DNA from: Veleropilina oligotropha
Lineage: Eukaryota
Assembly (NCBI GenBank): GCA_048128005.1
Contig: JBEUKZ010000139.1
Location: 124,001 to 188,000 of the forward strand
Length of the DNA stretch: 64,000 nt
Direction of reading: 5' to 3'
Shown: piece by piece, positions 34,187 to 47,200 of the stretch
Layout: each line of letters starts with the position of its first letter
Numbering within the stretch: position 1 is the first letter of the stretch
Notes under the pieces: model-generated
Told to the model about the DNA's origin: nothing
The model's database searches: none
Seen by the model: only the letters and a program-made list of their open reading frames with translations
Program-made: the position numbers and the translations under genes

Positions 34187-37100
34187 TTAGTTAAAACGTT
34201 TCGATTTTCGAACATAGGTCTGAACTGATTTGAATATTGATATATTGGTGGCGGTATTATGTTCATTATTTCCAAAGAGAATTGTATTAATAGGCGTTAG
34301 GATTCCGATGTCATTTAGCATGGATTGTCTAATAGAAGCGTATGCAGGGCAGTGAAGAAAGTAATGGTTTGCATCTTCCATTGTAAAGCCACACTCACAT
34401 GCTGAGCTATTAATAATATTCATTCGACAAAGGTCATTATTTAGACAACTACACCTATTTCTTAATCTACAATGAGCAACTGCCGTCTTTCGATCAAGTT
34501 CATAATCAAAATGATTGATGTTGCATTCAGGATTACGAAAGTAACGTTTGAAAGTATGCAAGGATTCAGATTCCCTAACGGTCGCCGGCAATTTATTCCA
34601 GTCTTTAGTTGTCGCTGGGAAGAAACTTTTTTTATATGATTCAGTACGTGCAGTGGGGATAGCGTATAATTCACTATTTCTAGTTGAATACTGAGATAAT
34701 TGTCCAATTGTTGGTGGTAAGATCATATGCAAGTATGGTGGACATAAATTGTTTACGATTTTATAGAATAAAACTAACCGTTGATTATAACGTCTAGTTT
34801 TAAGCTTTTCGATTGCAATTTCTTTCCGAAGTCTATCTAAATTACACCATTGCGGAAGACCGGTAATTATTCTGAGCGACTCATTTTGAATTTTTTCAAT
34901 GTTATCTGATTCTTGTTCGGAGCAGTTGTCCCAAACAGTACAGCAATATTCAAGGCGTGGTCTTATAAAAGATAAATATACGGTTTTTAATGTTTTACGA
35001 CTAAATTTATACTTAAATGTCCTAAAAATACCTATCAATTTTGAACATTTACTTAAGACATCATTGATATAATCACTCCATGTTCCGTTGCTATTAAAAA
35101 GCAAACCTAAATGTCTATGAGAAGAAACAGTTTTGACTGGTCCACTTTCCATCACTATATTTTGTTGGGCGGTATTATGAGCTCGCGATATCATTAAATG
35201 TTCGGTTTTAGTTGCATTGAAATTAACAAGCCATATATTTGACCATTTCACAAGTCTGGATATATCTGAGTTTATCGAATTTTCAATGTTAGTCATTGGT
35301 GAATGGGAGTACAACAATGACGTATCATCAGCATAAAGCCTAGTATCACCATAAGTGATTGATTCTGTAATATCATTTATGTAAATAAGGAATAGAATTG
35401 GACCAAGCACCGAGCCTTGTGGGACACCGGCATTAACAATTTGATAAGATGAAAGAGTGTTGTTTACTTTGACACTCTGCCATCTATCTGATAAATAATT
35501 TGTAAACCAGGCAAGTAAATTACCAGTTATTCCGAAAGATTCTAATTTAGCTATCAAACCACGATGCCACACTCTATCGAAGGCTTTTGATACGTCACAG
35601 AAAATGGAAGTTACACTATTTCCATTGTCTAATTCGAGCATTATTTTATTATAGATTTCAAGTAATTGGTAGGACGTCGAGTGACCAGGTAGAAAACCGG
35701 ATTGGTAAGGGTAAATGAGATTATTAGGAATCAGGTGCGCGTATAGATATTTAAATACAACCTTCTCAAAAAGTTTTCCAATATGGCTTGTTAAAGAAAT
35801 CGGTCTATAGTTACTTGGTTCACAGGCATCTCCTTTTTTAAATATTGGTACAACGATTGAGCGTTTCCAAATGTTAGGAAATATGCCACCGCGCAGGCAA
35901 ATATTGAAAAGTGTACAAAGTGGTTTAGTAATGGCAGAGTTAATCCGTATTAATACCGTAGCATTAATATCGTCTATACCAGACGCTTTGCCGTGATTGA
36001 GGCTTTTTATAGCAGCGTGCACATCTCTTTCATGTACCAAGATGTTATCGATTACGCTTTCAGTTTTTGATTCTAAATCTGGTAGAACAGCGTTACTATC
36101 ATCAACTGTAGATGTTTTGCAAAAATGTGCATTCAGAACATCAGCAATCTCTTTATCACCAGTTACATCTTGGTTAGCAGCATTCTTAATAACATTTATT
36201 TCGACCGTTTTATTAATCTCATACGCAGATTTAAGTAATTTCCACCATGTTTTGGATTTATTATTATCAATATTAATTTTATGATATATGTTATCGTTGT
36301 AATTACGCTTTGCCGATCGGACAAGTTCAATTACTTTGTTTCTTAATTTCCTAAATTTAGCCCATAAATAGGGAGTATTTTCACGTTTGCACTGCGCATG
36401 CGTTCGATTACGCTTTCGTATCCATTTTCTGAGGTCGCTCTTAAACCATGGTTTATCTTTAGGTCTGACAGTGACATTTTTCGACGGAATTGATGCACTA
36501 ATCATATTTCTAAGGGTTTCGCTAAATTTTTCACACATTATATTAATATCGGGATCCTCAAATATAAGTTCCCATTGAAAATCCCCGACAAGATCGGACA
36601 AAAGGTCAAAATTTCCCAAGTTGTACTGCCAAATTTGGCGTTTATAGCATACAGATTGCTTTTTCCTCAGCCCTAAAATTACTTTTATTGGGCAATGGTC
36701 ACTACATATTGGGTCCATTACAGAGATATGCAAGATATTTACAGGGGAATTTGTGAACACAACATCAATCATTGTTGAAGATCCAATGGTTATCCGCGTT
36801 GGTGCTTCTACCATTTGCGTAAATTTAAAACTCGAAAACAGATTTAGTGTTTGTAATGAATTTTGGCACAAGAAATTAACGTTTAGATCTCCTAAGATTA
36901 TGACCGGGGTATTCAATTGCTCGGTAGAGTCAAGAAAAGATGTGAAATCAGTTTGCCAGTCGGTAAGGTTAACATTAGGAGGTCGATATGCGCAGCATAT
37001 AATGAAACGTTTATTATGAATATTAATCGATGCGCAAATCATTTCTAAATTTCGGACTTCTAAATTACGCAATCTGGTAAGTCTATACTTATTCGAAATG

Positions 37101-37651
37101 TACATAGCAACACCACCGCCATGCCGATTTCGGTCATTACGCAATAAATTATAGTCTACAATGCGTAAATCGTCATCAGAAATACTATTATCTAACCATG
37201 TTTCGCATAGAGCAATCACATCATAGTTATTGATTTCTGCCTCGAGTATATCCATATTTGGCAATAAACTGCGAATGTTGTTATAAAAGAAGATTACGTT
37301 AGGTGTTCGGTTCATTGGACCAGGATTGGGGTGTATGTCCCCACATAACATGATCAGTAACGATAGCATTAATAGTATTCGAGAGCTACGAAATAAGGTG
37401 GTGAACAAAGCTAAAAATAATTTAAGACGTGCTTTTGACGCACTTTCGCTGAAACTTGAGAACGAAAATTGTACTTGGACTTTAGTAAATTTGATATTTT
37501 GGAATATTCCAATTCTCAGTCGATGACATGAATTGTCAACGGGCATGATAGGTTGATGCAGGAATTTGTGATTAATGGTACATGTAATAAATTTTTCAAA
37601 GCAATTAAAGTAGATAGTGCACCAAAAGGTGCAGCTACACGAGCAATGCAA
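34187..37651 (-). CDS. LINE ORF2: 2A-like leader, APE endonuclease, RT and C-terminal Cys/His knuckle
   Basis: GDIHPNPGP, CETWL, GGGVA, YRPP, GDLN, SDH, NYRPISL, SKAFD, GVPQGSVLGP, YADD, CECG..HYFLHC. True start uncertain (ATG of MPVDN or a non-ATG codon). Confidence 0.93.
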   Translation of the reverse strand: MHCSCSCTFWCTIYFNCFEKFITCTINHKFLHQPIMPVDNSCHRLRIGIFQNIKFTKVQVQFSFSSFSESASKARLKLFLALFTTLFRSSRILLMLSLLIMLCGDIHPNPGPMNRTPNVIFFYNNIRSLLPNMDILEAEINNYDVIALCETWLDNSISDDDLRIVDYNLLRNDRNRHGGGVAMYISNKYRLTRLRNLEVRNLEMICASINIHNKRFIICCAYRPPNVNLTDWQTDFTSFLDSTEQLNTPVIILGDLNVNFLCQNSLQTLNLFSSFKFTQMVEAPTRITIGSSTMIDVVFTNSPVNILHISVMDPICSDHCPIKVILGLRKKQSVCYKRQIWQYNLGNFDLLSDLVGDFQWELIFEDPDINIMCEKFSETLRNMISASIPSKNVTVRPKDKPWFKSDLRKWIRKRNRTHAQCKRENTPYLWAKFRKLRNKVIELVRSAKRNYNDNIYHKINIDNNKSKTWWKLLKSAYEINKTVEINVIKNAANQDVTGDKEIADVLNAHFCKTSTVDDSNAVLPDLESKTESVIDNILVHERDVHAAIKSLNHGKASGIDDINATVLIRINSAITKPLCTLFNICLRGGIFPNIWKRSIVVPIFKKGDACEPSNYRPISLTSHIGKLFEKVVFKYLYAHLIPNNLIYPYQSGFLPGHSTSYQLLEIYNKIMLELDNGNSVTSIFCDVSKAFDRVWHRGLIAKLESFGITGNLLAWFTNYLSDRWQSVKVNNTLSSYQIVNAGVPQGSVLGPILFLIYINDITESITYGDTRLYADDTSLLYSHSPMTNIENSINSDISRLVKWSNIWLVNFNATKTEHLMISRAHNTAQQNIVMESGPVKTVSSHRHLGLLFNSNGTWSDYINDVLSKCSKLIGIFRTFKYKFSRKTLKTVYLSFIRPRLEYCCTVWDNCSEQESDNIEKIQNESLRIITGLPQWCNLDRLRKEIAIEKLKTRRYNQRLVLFYKIVNNLCPPYLHMILPPTIGQLSQYSTRNSELYAIPTARTESYKKSFFPATTKDWNKLPATVRESESLHTFKRYFRNPECNINHFDYELDRKTAVAHCRLRNRCSCLNNDLCRMNIINSSACECGFTMEDANHYFLHCPAYASIRQSMLNDIGILTPINTILFGNNEHNTATNISIFKSVQTYVRKSKRFN

Positions 37652-37871
37652 TATAGATAGTTATAATTACACGTATTCGTCACTCTGAAATAAACATTCA
37701 TGATTAGCAATATTGATTGACAGTCAAACTTATCATGCAACGGAATAACAGCTATTCGCTAAGCGTATAGTGGTAATAATTAATTTGAAAGTAATAAACA
37801 GTAGCATAAAATGTAATGTATACAGGTAACACTAAAGCATAGTTTTTCTTACAGTTGGGCGAGTAATACAT

Positions 37872-38771
37872 TTAGATTTGACTGGACGGAGTAGACGTCA
37901 CGATCGAAAGATTTAAGCGCAGGTATTTGACCAAATCACTTTCGCAATTTACCACTCGGACATTGCCTCCCAGTGCATGGGATTCCTCAATGAAGATTCT
38001 ACCATCAGAGGTCCATGTGTTCGAAATTTGGTTGGGTCGCTCCTTCTTAAGTTCTCTCGCTCTTTTGGCTAATTTAGCCCTGGTTGCCGTCAGATCTTCA
38101 TTGATGAATACGTTGTTCGCACGACGTCTGAGCGTGGTGCGCTTTTTGTATATAACTTGACGCGCGCGATAACTCGTCAGTTTAACGATCAATGGGCGTG
38201 GTCCCCTGGTTGGATTCGGGCGACCTATCCGGTGACTGCGGTCAATGGACTCGATGGGCAGGTTTACATCTAGTTCTTTCCTTACAAAGTCTAATATCAC
38301 CTTGTCTGTGTCCTCGTCCTGTCGTTCAGGGATTCCGTATATGCGAAGTGAATTCCGGCGTGTATATTGTTCAAGACTGTCATTTTTTATTTCCAACTCC
38401 GATATAGCAGATTTTAAGACGGATATTTCGGATTCATGTTTATCAATTCTTTTTTGGAGATCGCCATTTACAATACCACCTAAGAGTTTACGTATGGTTG
38501 GATCTCGTAGCGCACATTGTAAATGCAATACAAATTGAATACTAGTTTGGTCGTCCGAACTGCCAGAACTTTCGATGTCGATTTCATTTTCCGCCATTGC
38601 GGTGTCGATTTCACATAACGAGTATGACAGGCTGGTTTCTTTTTGTCTTTTGAGATCCGTTAAATCAAAATCGGACAAATCTGATCTGTCATCTACAGTT
38701 CTTTTAGACATTACATCTATACCGATCTCTAATAAGATGCCTTGAAATATAACATTTAGATACTCACTCAC
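37872..38771 (-). CDS. LINE ORF1 (coiled coil, RRM-like domain and CTD)
   Basis: Coiled coil followed by LEQYTRRNSLRIYGIPE, IDRSHRIG, RPLIVK, FINEDLT and WTSDGRIF. Confidence 0.9.
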   Translation of the reverse strand: MSEYLNVIFQGILLEIGIDVMSKRTVDDRSDLSDFDLTDLKRQKETSLSYSLCEIDTAMAENEIDIESSGSSDDQTSIQFVLHLQCALRDPTIRKLLGGIVNGDLQKRIDKHESEISVLKSAISELEIKNDSLEQYTRRNSLRIYGIPERQDEDTDKVILDFVRKELDVNLPIESIDRSHRIGRPNPTRGPRPLIVKLTSYRARQVIYKKRTTLRRRANNVFINEDLTATRAKLAKRARELKKERPNQISNTWTSDGRIFIEESHALGGNVRVVNCESDLVKYLRLNLSIVTSTPSSQI

Positions 38772-38832
38772 AAATTTTTGCAGAGACTACTAAAACATGT
38801 CAGCTGCTGCTAAGCCTCGTTTGGGACCGCTC

Positions 38833-39311
38833 AGAATTGTTCGCCGGCATTGGTTAATTTCCACTCGTTTGGAATTTCTCAGGTTTCACGTGAACTTGGT
38901 AGATGTGGGAAGAGCCTTTTTCTTTCGTAGTATAACTATCTTTATAGATGTTTTCCGCGACGTTGTACGTTTCGTCGGTCCATGCATGGGCCTCGTCGTA
39001 GTTTGGACAGTTCTTCTTCGTAAAGGGTCGGCTTCGGGGTTACTTCTTTCTTTGCGCGTTGTCTACAGCTATTCTTTATTTTAAGGGTTGTGATGTCCGT
39101 ATCCACTGTAGACTGATTGTGTTCTGGTCCAACTTTGGATTTGATCATTGATCGTACAGAGAGTCGCTTGCATCTTAATGTAAAACATTTCCAATACGTC
39201 TTATCGTTGTTAACTTTGTTCACTTTATAAAGAAATCCTTACCAGGCGATGTAACGACCGTTTTTGCGATTGGTTGGAAGAAATTCTACATTTATCTGAG
39301 CATTTGCCATT
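38833..39311 (-). pseudogene. MULE transposase N-terminal part (FLYWCH-like)
   Basis: NRKNGRYIAW*GFLYKVNKVNNDKTYWKC..C..EHN. LTNAGEQF joins LIIDDGDSERIL across the LINE insertion. Confidence 0.8.
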
Positions 39312-40481
39312 ATGAAAATGAATGGAGCTTCATAATTTACGTAACATATATATATACTTTTTAGACCTGAGAAGTAGTCAGTATTTTTGTCAGTATTAAA
39401 TGTAATACTCACTGAGTTCACGTTAAGGTGTCGGTAACATCAATAGGTTAATCCGATTACACCAACTCGGAGGCATGTCGGTTACTTCAAACAATTTTGC
39501 ATTTTCGACTAGATGCGAACTCTGATATGTCGTTTTCGATTAGATGCGAATATACCGTTTGATCCTATTGATGTAATATTGCCTGACACCAGAAACGTTC
39601 AAATGAGTTAACGGTCACCCACCAAAATTCATTACTTGTTTGCATCGCACATCACACTCGTTATTGAATTGCGTACTTGAATGTATATATTAAGTGAAGT
39701 ACAAAACCTTGACAATTTCAAAATATCGAGCACGCATTTATAAAGTTGGATGTCTTTATTCATTCCAGCTTCAGTAATATTTCTGACAAAGAGAAACACA
39801 GAAATATAAACATTTATTATTTCATACGAAATATATATTGCATTGGGGGGCGAAAAGGCATGTAGAAAGGGGCGAATAGGCAGGGGGCGAACAGGCAGGG
39901 GGCGAACGGTCTTGGGGGCGAAACCGCTGGTGTCGCGTTTGAATTACCCAAAACTCAAACTTGAAAGGAAGGCCTTGTAATTTAATAGAAATTTGTCACA
40001 CTTAGGATATAATTATTTTTTGGGAAAGTATTTAGCAATATATGTGGCGCGAAACCTCCATGTTATTTTTTAAAGTCATTAAAATAATAAACTGGGGCGA
40101 AACCTCCACGACTTTGGGGCGAAACCTCTTGGGGCGAATATGAACTGTGGCGAAATCTCTTTAACTTTAAAATGGAAATATATGAACACATAAAATAAAA
40201 GTTAGCAAATTGTAACAGTCAACTAAATATGAATAATTACTGAATAATATGAAAATAAATAAAATATGAATAATTACTGAATAATATGAATGTATAGATA
40301 TAACCGGAGTTACGAATACAACAGGCCCCGGCTAGGATATATTTTAAAGGGAGCACCGTTTTTGTTCTGGGGGAAATGGCGTCCGACTTTCGCTCAATTT
40401 ACTGATTTAATTTTAAGCAAGCAAATGTAAGTAATCCACAGATATTTCGTCCGATTTTGTTAGTAACTTCGTACAGGCTTT

Positions 40482-40690
40482 GGTACTTATGCAGTATACC
40501 CCCCCCCCCACCCAAATTCTGCCCATCTTATATACATTGTCACTGTTGTGTAGAAAACTACTAAAACCTCCATGTCTTATATATTTGCCCATGACGCGGC
40601 TTCAAGCCCTGATCGGGCATTCATTTGTATTACTATAATTTAGGCAAGACTTAATATCTGGGGGGGGGGGGGGTATACTGCATAAGTTCC
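40482..40690. mobile_element. Small MITE with GG..CC termini and 8-bp TSD (Merlin-like)
   Basis: ggtacttatgcagtatacccc / ggggtatactgcataagttcc. TSD caggcttt at 40474-40481 and 40691-40698. Confidence 0.85.
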
Positions 40691-40999
40691 CAGGCTTTTA
40701 CCCAGTTATCTTTTATCGCTTCAGTATCCTACCTGGCGACTTAAATTCCATAGGCCTATACAAAAAAAAAGTGTCTATCGCAGTATCGGGTTCGTCTATC
40801 CGATAGTCTATCGGCCGATTGAGGAATTAATCCGCACGACGGTCGTGTCGATAATGTTGTTTATCGGCACGACTGGCTATCTTCTTATCGAGCGTCAAAT
40901 TAGGTGTGGGGGGGGGGGCACCCTACTTCTATAACATATAAGACTGGGTTGACATGCCTTTCATACTCTCTGATTAGGAACTAGCAGGCTCATTCAGAA

Positions 41000-42590
41000 A
41001 GTCAGAAGAAAGCTGAAATACTAAACTAACAATTTGAATCAGTGTTTACTAAAGAGACAGATGGACCCTTCTCAACCTTACAGGGTTCCAAAACCCCCAA
41101 AATAACTAAAATCAACATTGAAAATGCTGGTGTACAAAAATTACTAGTGAACATCACAGTCAATCTTCAACCAGTCAACTGCCGACTGACTGGAGGCAAG
41201 CCGATATTGCTCCAGTATTCAAAAAAGGTAACAGACACCTCGCCAGTAACTGCAGACCGATATCCTTGATGTGACATGTGTCTGTTGCAAACTGTTGGAA
41301 CACATCATCTGCCACAGCTTTATGGAACACCTCGAGAGACACAACATCATCTCCCACCTGCAACATGGATTTAGATCGGGTCACTCTTGTGAAACGCAAC
41401 TCGTCCTCACCACCCACGACATTCTATCCATGCCCGACAGGAAGACGCAGGTCGACTTTGCAATACTAGACTTTAGTAAGGCCTTCGACACTGTCCCGCA
41501 TAGTAAGCTCCTCAAATTATATCATTTATGATTATGGAGTCGACGCTGCTACAGTTAGCTGGATTAAGGAGTTCCTCACAAAGCCAGACACAACGAGTGA
41601 TGGTCGAGGGCGAGTTCTCAGCACCAGTGAAAGTCAGGTCCGGTGTGCCCCAAGGGACTGTACTTGGTCCTATTCTTTTGCTATATAAACGACTTTCCAC
41701 AGTGTGTAACATCCTCTATAAGGTTATTTGCTGACGATTGTCTCATCTACAGAGCAATAACATCCTTCACAGATCATCTTAATCTACAGAAAGACCTTGA
41801 AACACTGGAAAGATGGGCGTAACCATGGGGTATGACTTTCAATGCTGGCCTCTAAATGCTATGTCATGAGAGTGAGCAGGTCTAAAACACCAAGCACCTA
41901 CATATACCAGTTGAATAACATTATCCTGGCTGAGGTAAAATAACAACCCGTACCTTGGGCTCACACTCAGTAATGATCTCAAGTGGAGCACACGCATCAG
42001 CAAAACCTGTAACAAAGCAAATTCTATACTAGGATTCTTGAGGCGAAACCTAAGACGCTGTCCCACATCCCTCAAGTCATGCGCATTGAAGACTCGTGTT
42101 CGTTCAATCCTTGAGTATAGCTCGACGATCTGTGACCCCATCTACAAAAGGATAAAGACTCTAGAAAAAGTCCAACGCAGAGCAGCCCGGTTTATAACAT
42201 CAGACTACAGCAGGAAAACAAATATGCTTAAAGACCTAGACCTTGAACCCTTAGAAAACCGGAGAAAATAACATCGTCTAATCCTTCTCTATAAAATCGT
42301 GAACAGTCTAGCTTCAGTGCCCGTGGATGATTATTTAGTAATTAACACCACATTAACCAGAAAACAAAATTAAATGAACGTTAATATCTTCACGTGCAAA
42401 TCAGAACTTTTCTGGCAATCCTTCTTCCCTAAAATTGTGAAAGACTAACTCCCTCCCAGACACTAAGAACTGTAACTTTGAACTGTCTCACAGAGTTCAA
42501 ATCAAACATCAGGAACATTTAGCCGCTCTCCAACCCGGGATATAATACTCAACTTGAGTTAATCCCGGCAACCAAACATACAGATACAGG
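41000..42590 (+). pseudogene. 5'-truncated decayed LINE RT (CR1/RTE-X-like)
   Basis: QHGFRSGHSCETQL, LDFSKAFDTVPH, SGVPQGTVLGP, tttgctgacgat (FADD), LEKVQRRAARF; tail acatacagatacag. Confidence 0.85.
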
Positions 42591-43915
42591 CTCTAACGTT
42601 GTTGGAGTATGGGGTTCCCCAAATTCGGCCTTCGTTGGCACTTTCAATAATGTATTACACAGTACCGTACTAACAGTAACACATGTTATCAATGGGAGTT
42701 AGTAAAAGTTACAGTAATACTGCTACATTTTCCCAATTACTTACCTTCCTGGTGATTTATTAATGATTTTTTTCAACATTTTAATATTGAATATATTACA
42801 CCTACATGTTTATAAAAATATTGCATACATTTAAAGGGCTCACTAATTCTGGATTTTAATCTGTGTGGCTTGTTCTTATATGTTTCCACAAAGATAAACA
42901 ACATTCAACCACACAATAGATCATAAATGTTGTTAACATTGACTCTCGTAATCACCTATTCAAGAATAATAAGCCCCGTTTACACTACCAAATATAAGCC
43001 GGTTCAAAACCGGTTTATTTTAATGCGCATTATATTTGGCGTGTGTAAATGCAAATAAGTCGGCTTAAAATGTGGTTTGAAACCGGCTTAAATATTTTAA
43101 TCCGACTTATCTTGTAGTGTAAATGCTCAAGTGACTTAGAACCATTTGCCTCGCTTTGAATAGTATGTAGGCCTATGCATATGCAATTTGGTCTCTATAC
43201 ATGCCTGCACCCATGATTTAGCCAGCCTCTTAAGATAACAAGGTGTTAGCACCCACAGAGCCGTGTGTGTACTAATTGGCTCGAAACCTGCTTATTTTAA
43301 TTAGGGCTCCAACAGCTTCAGCTGGAGCCCTATTGTTTTTGCTATTTTGTTTATTATTATTCCTATTATTCCGCCTGAGTTTTGTACCAGTGATAACTTC
43401 CAAACCGCTTAAATCAAAAACTCTAAAAATTGTAAACATGTAGCTATGGTACTGAAGTTGAATCGCACTTCATTTCTGCTATGCGGCGCCACTGGCTTAG
43501 CGGCAATTAAGGTTTTTTCTTTAAAAAAGCACCTTTTTATACCATCTTCTTCGGCCAAACGGCTGAAGTGAGGTACGCGATGTTCCTAAATAATGATCTT
43601 CACTATGTGAAGAAAAATGTTTGAAAGCGAAAATGTTATCGGAACAAAAGCAAGGCAGTTACGGCCATATGAATCTTTCAATAATTTTGAAAAAATCACA
43701 CTTTTTTATTTCAGCGGTCGCCATTATCCGATTTAAGTTAAATTTTCACTGAAACTATACTGTATTAAGATCATTTTAATTGGAAATTTTGGCATGCATA
43801 TGATCAATATTTTTTATGTTTATAAGACATATTTTTATTCCTACTACAGTCTTAGGAAGGCGATTACAGCATTTATGATGTTATCATGAATGAAGTTGTG
43901 GCATTTTATGATCTG

Positions 43916-44202
43916 GCCCCGCTTGCATAAAGATACTTAAGTTGAGATTTTCCTCAAGTCTGAGATTTCATGACGTCACGTTCTAAATGGCTTGCGTAAA
44001 ACTTCTTATAGGAAATATATGCATTATTTCCTGAAATATTTGAGGCAGGAAGCTACCTAGCAGTCTGAAATATGTAAGGAAGTAATGCAATATTTCCTAA
44101 GATACTTAGCGTAAGAAGTTTTATGTAAGCCATTTTGAACGTGACGTCATGAAATCTGACTTGAGGAAAATCTCAACTTAAGTATCTTTATGCAAGCGGG
44201 GC
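43916..44202. mobile_element. Palindromic Harbinger-like MITE with CTG TSD
   Basis: ctg|gccccgcttgcataaagatacttaagttgag ... ctcaacttaagtatctttatgcaagcggggc|ctg. Confidence 0.8.
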
Positions 44203-44205
44203 CTG

Positions 44206-47200
44206 GGCCCGCTTACTCAAAGCTCCTTAACTTAAGATTTTCCTCAAAACGTTCTATTTCCTCAAGTTAAGGACGTCACGTCCTCAGATGGCTTACTGGA
44301 AGCATAAAAACTTAAGTATCTCCCCAAAGTTAAGGAAATAGTGAGTTTTTCCCTCAAATATTTGAGGCTGCTATGTACCTTCCTTAACTTTGAGGAATAC
44401 CAAAGGCAATACAACAACACTTTTACAATGTAAAATATAATATTTTACGTATTGTATGAATATAACCAAATATAACCACCGAACCTCTAACAACTGGCAT
44501 ACGAGATTTGCATAAGATTTTATAGATTTATTAATTTATGCATGCAATATTATACTAGGCCTACATGCTACTTTTCACTTTCGCAGCAAGCTTATTTGCA
44601 TATGCATGTCAACACAGCTGTGCGATGTAACCTACGGTACCCATAGGGAAAGTCCATTTCCCGGTTATTGGCGAAATTGAAGTTTTGTCCTTTAGTTTAT
44701 TCAACATCATCTCTGATGATAATCATGACTGGATGTGTATATTATATTTCATCAAATTATTTTTCATAACTTGCTCAGCGAGAAAATGATACAATTATAG
44801 CAACCATATATTTTAAAAAATTATATTTTGGAACATTGATCACACCCATAAAATACATGCGTAGGCCTATACACCTTTCAGCACAATCGAAGCTTTTATT
44901 TAGCATTTAAACATATAACATGTAGGCATGGATGTTGTATAAATTGTACTATTACATAACATGTTCATTACCGGAATGTGTCATAAATGAACCACAATGT
45001 ATATTCAAAAGTAGACTTCGGGCATCATTATCATTATGGGTAAGTGGCCGTTTTTTGTTTTATTATTTATAACAATTCCACAATTGGTTTTAGCCTAAAT
45101 ATTTTATAAAGAGAGCGGTCCATTTGATCAAATGCAATATTAGTATTTTCATAATAACTTAAGGAGGCTCCATTTTGTAACCCACGCCACAAACTGCAAC
45201 TTGCATCCTATATTATTACTAAAATAAAAATACGGTAATTATCATTGACAACTATACTAGGCAGCTAATATATATACAGTTTGTGTTATTTGTCCCCATG
45301 CACTTGTGTTCTTGTTTAGATTATTGGGATGTCATTATGAAATCAACATGATGTCGTATTTAGAAACAATTTTCAAACAGAGCCTGTCAAAAATTTAATC
45401 TTCATTCACTGTATTTATAACTTACAACACCAAATTGTTATTTATTAATCTAATACTACTATATAACGTTGCGCTATATTTTTAAATAGTACATGTAATA
45501 TCAATTCTTGAAAAATATACCCGTACATTGTTAGCTTATATAACTTTTGCAGCTGGCTGCATTTATTTACAAATAGAAGGCTCTTTCAGTATTAAATAGT
45601 TTAAAATTCACCGTAAATCAGTAACAAAATGGCTGACAAAATGATAAAATTGTCAAAGAGGCCCCTTATATCGCTAACAATTTCGTCCTCAGCTGAGGAG
45701 ATCATCGGTGAGGTTGAGGAAGTTTCGAGTAACCCATTTTGAGATTTTCCTCAGCTGAGGAAAAATCTCAGCGGATTTGAAGATAAGGAAATCTCTTTGT
45801 CAATTTTACCATTTGTCAGCCATTTTGTTACTGGTTTACTGTGAATTTTAAACTATTTAATACTGAAGGAGGCTTCGATTTGTAAATAAATGCAGCCAGC
45901 TGCAAAAGTTATGTAAGCTAACAATGTACGGGTATATTTTTCAAGAATTGATATTACTATTTGAAAATATAGCGCCACGTTATAGTAGTATTAGATTATA
46001 ACTAACAATTTGTTGTAAGTTATATATTAGCCTATATACCGGTACTAGTAAATGGAGATTAAAATTTTGACAGGCTCTGTTTGAAAATCTTGATGTTGAT
46101 TTAATAATGAGTTATATTCTTGCTTTGGCCATAGACATCCCAATAATCTAAACAAGAACACAAGTGCATCCCCGGGGACCAATAACACGAACTGTACTAG
46201 ATGCCTAGCTACTCTAGTAGCTAGTATATATATAGTTGTCAATGATAATTACTTTTATGATAGTAATAATATAGGATGCAAGTTGCAGTTTGTGGTGTGG
46301 GTAAATGGGGCCTACTTATTATGATACTAGTATTACATTTGATCAAATGGACTGCTATCTTTATAAAATATTTAGGCTAAAACCGATTGTGGAAATTTGT
46401 TATAAATAATAAAACAAAAAAATGGCCACTTACCATAAAGATAATGATGCCCGAAGTCTACTTTTGAATATAGGCTACATTGTTGTTCATTTGTGACACA
46501 TATTCCGGTAATGAACATGTTATGTAATAGTACAATTTATACGACATCGTCATGCTAAATAAAAGCTTCGATTGTGCTCAACGAAGGTGTATAGGCCTAC
46601 GCATGTATTTTGTTATAAAATATAATGTTATAAAATATATGGTTGGATCATTTTCTCGTTGAATAAGTTATGAAAAATATTTTGATGAAATAATATATAC
46701 TTCCAGTCATAATTATCATCAGAGAGAGGGATATGTTGAATAAAATAAAGGACAAAATTTCAATTTCGCCACTAACCGGGAAATGGACTTTCCCTATGAG
46801 TACCGTAGGTTACATCGCACAGCTGTGTTGACATGCATATGCAAATAAGCTTGCTGTGAAAGTGAAAAGTAGCATGTAGGCCTACTATAATATTGCATGC
46901 ATAAATCAACAGATCTATAAAATCTTTATGCAAATCTCGTATGCCAGTTTTTAGAGGTTCGGTGGTTAGCTTTGGTTATATTCATACAATACATAAAATA
47001 TTCTATTTTACATTGTAAAGTGTTGTTGTATTGCCTTTGGTATTCCTCAAAGTTAAGGATGCTACCTAGCAGCCTCAAATATTTGAGGAAAAAACCTCAC
47101 TATTTCCTTAACTTTGAGGAGATACTTAAGTTTTATGCTTCGAGTAACCCATTTGAGGACGTGACGTCCTTAACTTAAGGAAATAGAACGTTTTGAGGAA

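Larger units (their letters stand above)
33628..38832 (-). mobile_element. Full-length, apparently intact CR1-group LINE
   Basis: ORF1 and ORF2 uninterrupted; 3' aataaa plus (taa)n tail. TSD agaattgtt at 33619-33627 and 38833-38841. Confidence 0.93.
31985..40165 (-). mobile_element. Mutator-like (MULE) DNA transposon, decayed and interrupted by a LINE
   Basis: ttcgcccc arrays on the left and ggggcgaa arrays on the right. Subterminal IR attcgcatctaatcgaaaa / ttttcgattagatgcgaat. Transposase fragments inside. Ends approximate. Confidence 0.8.
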
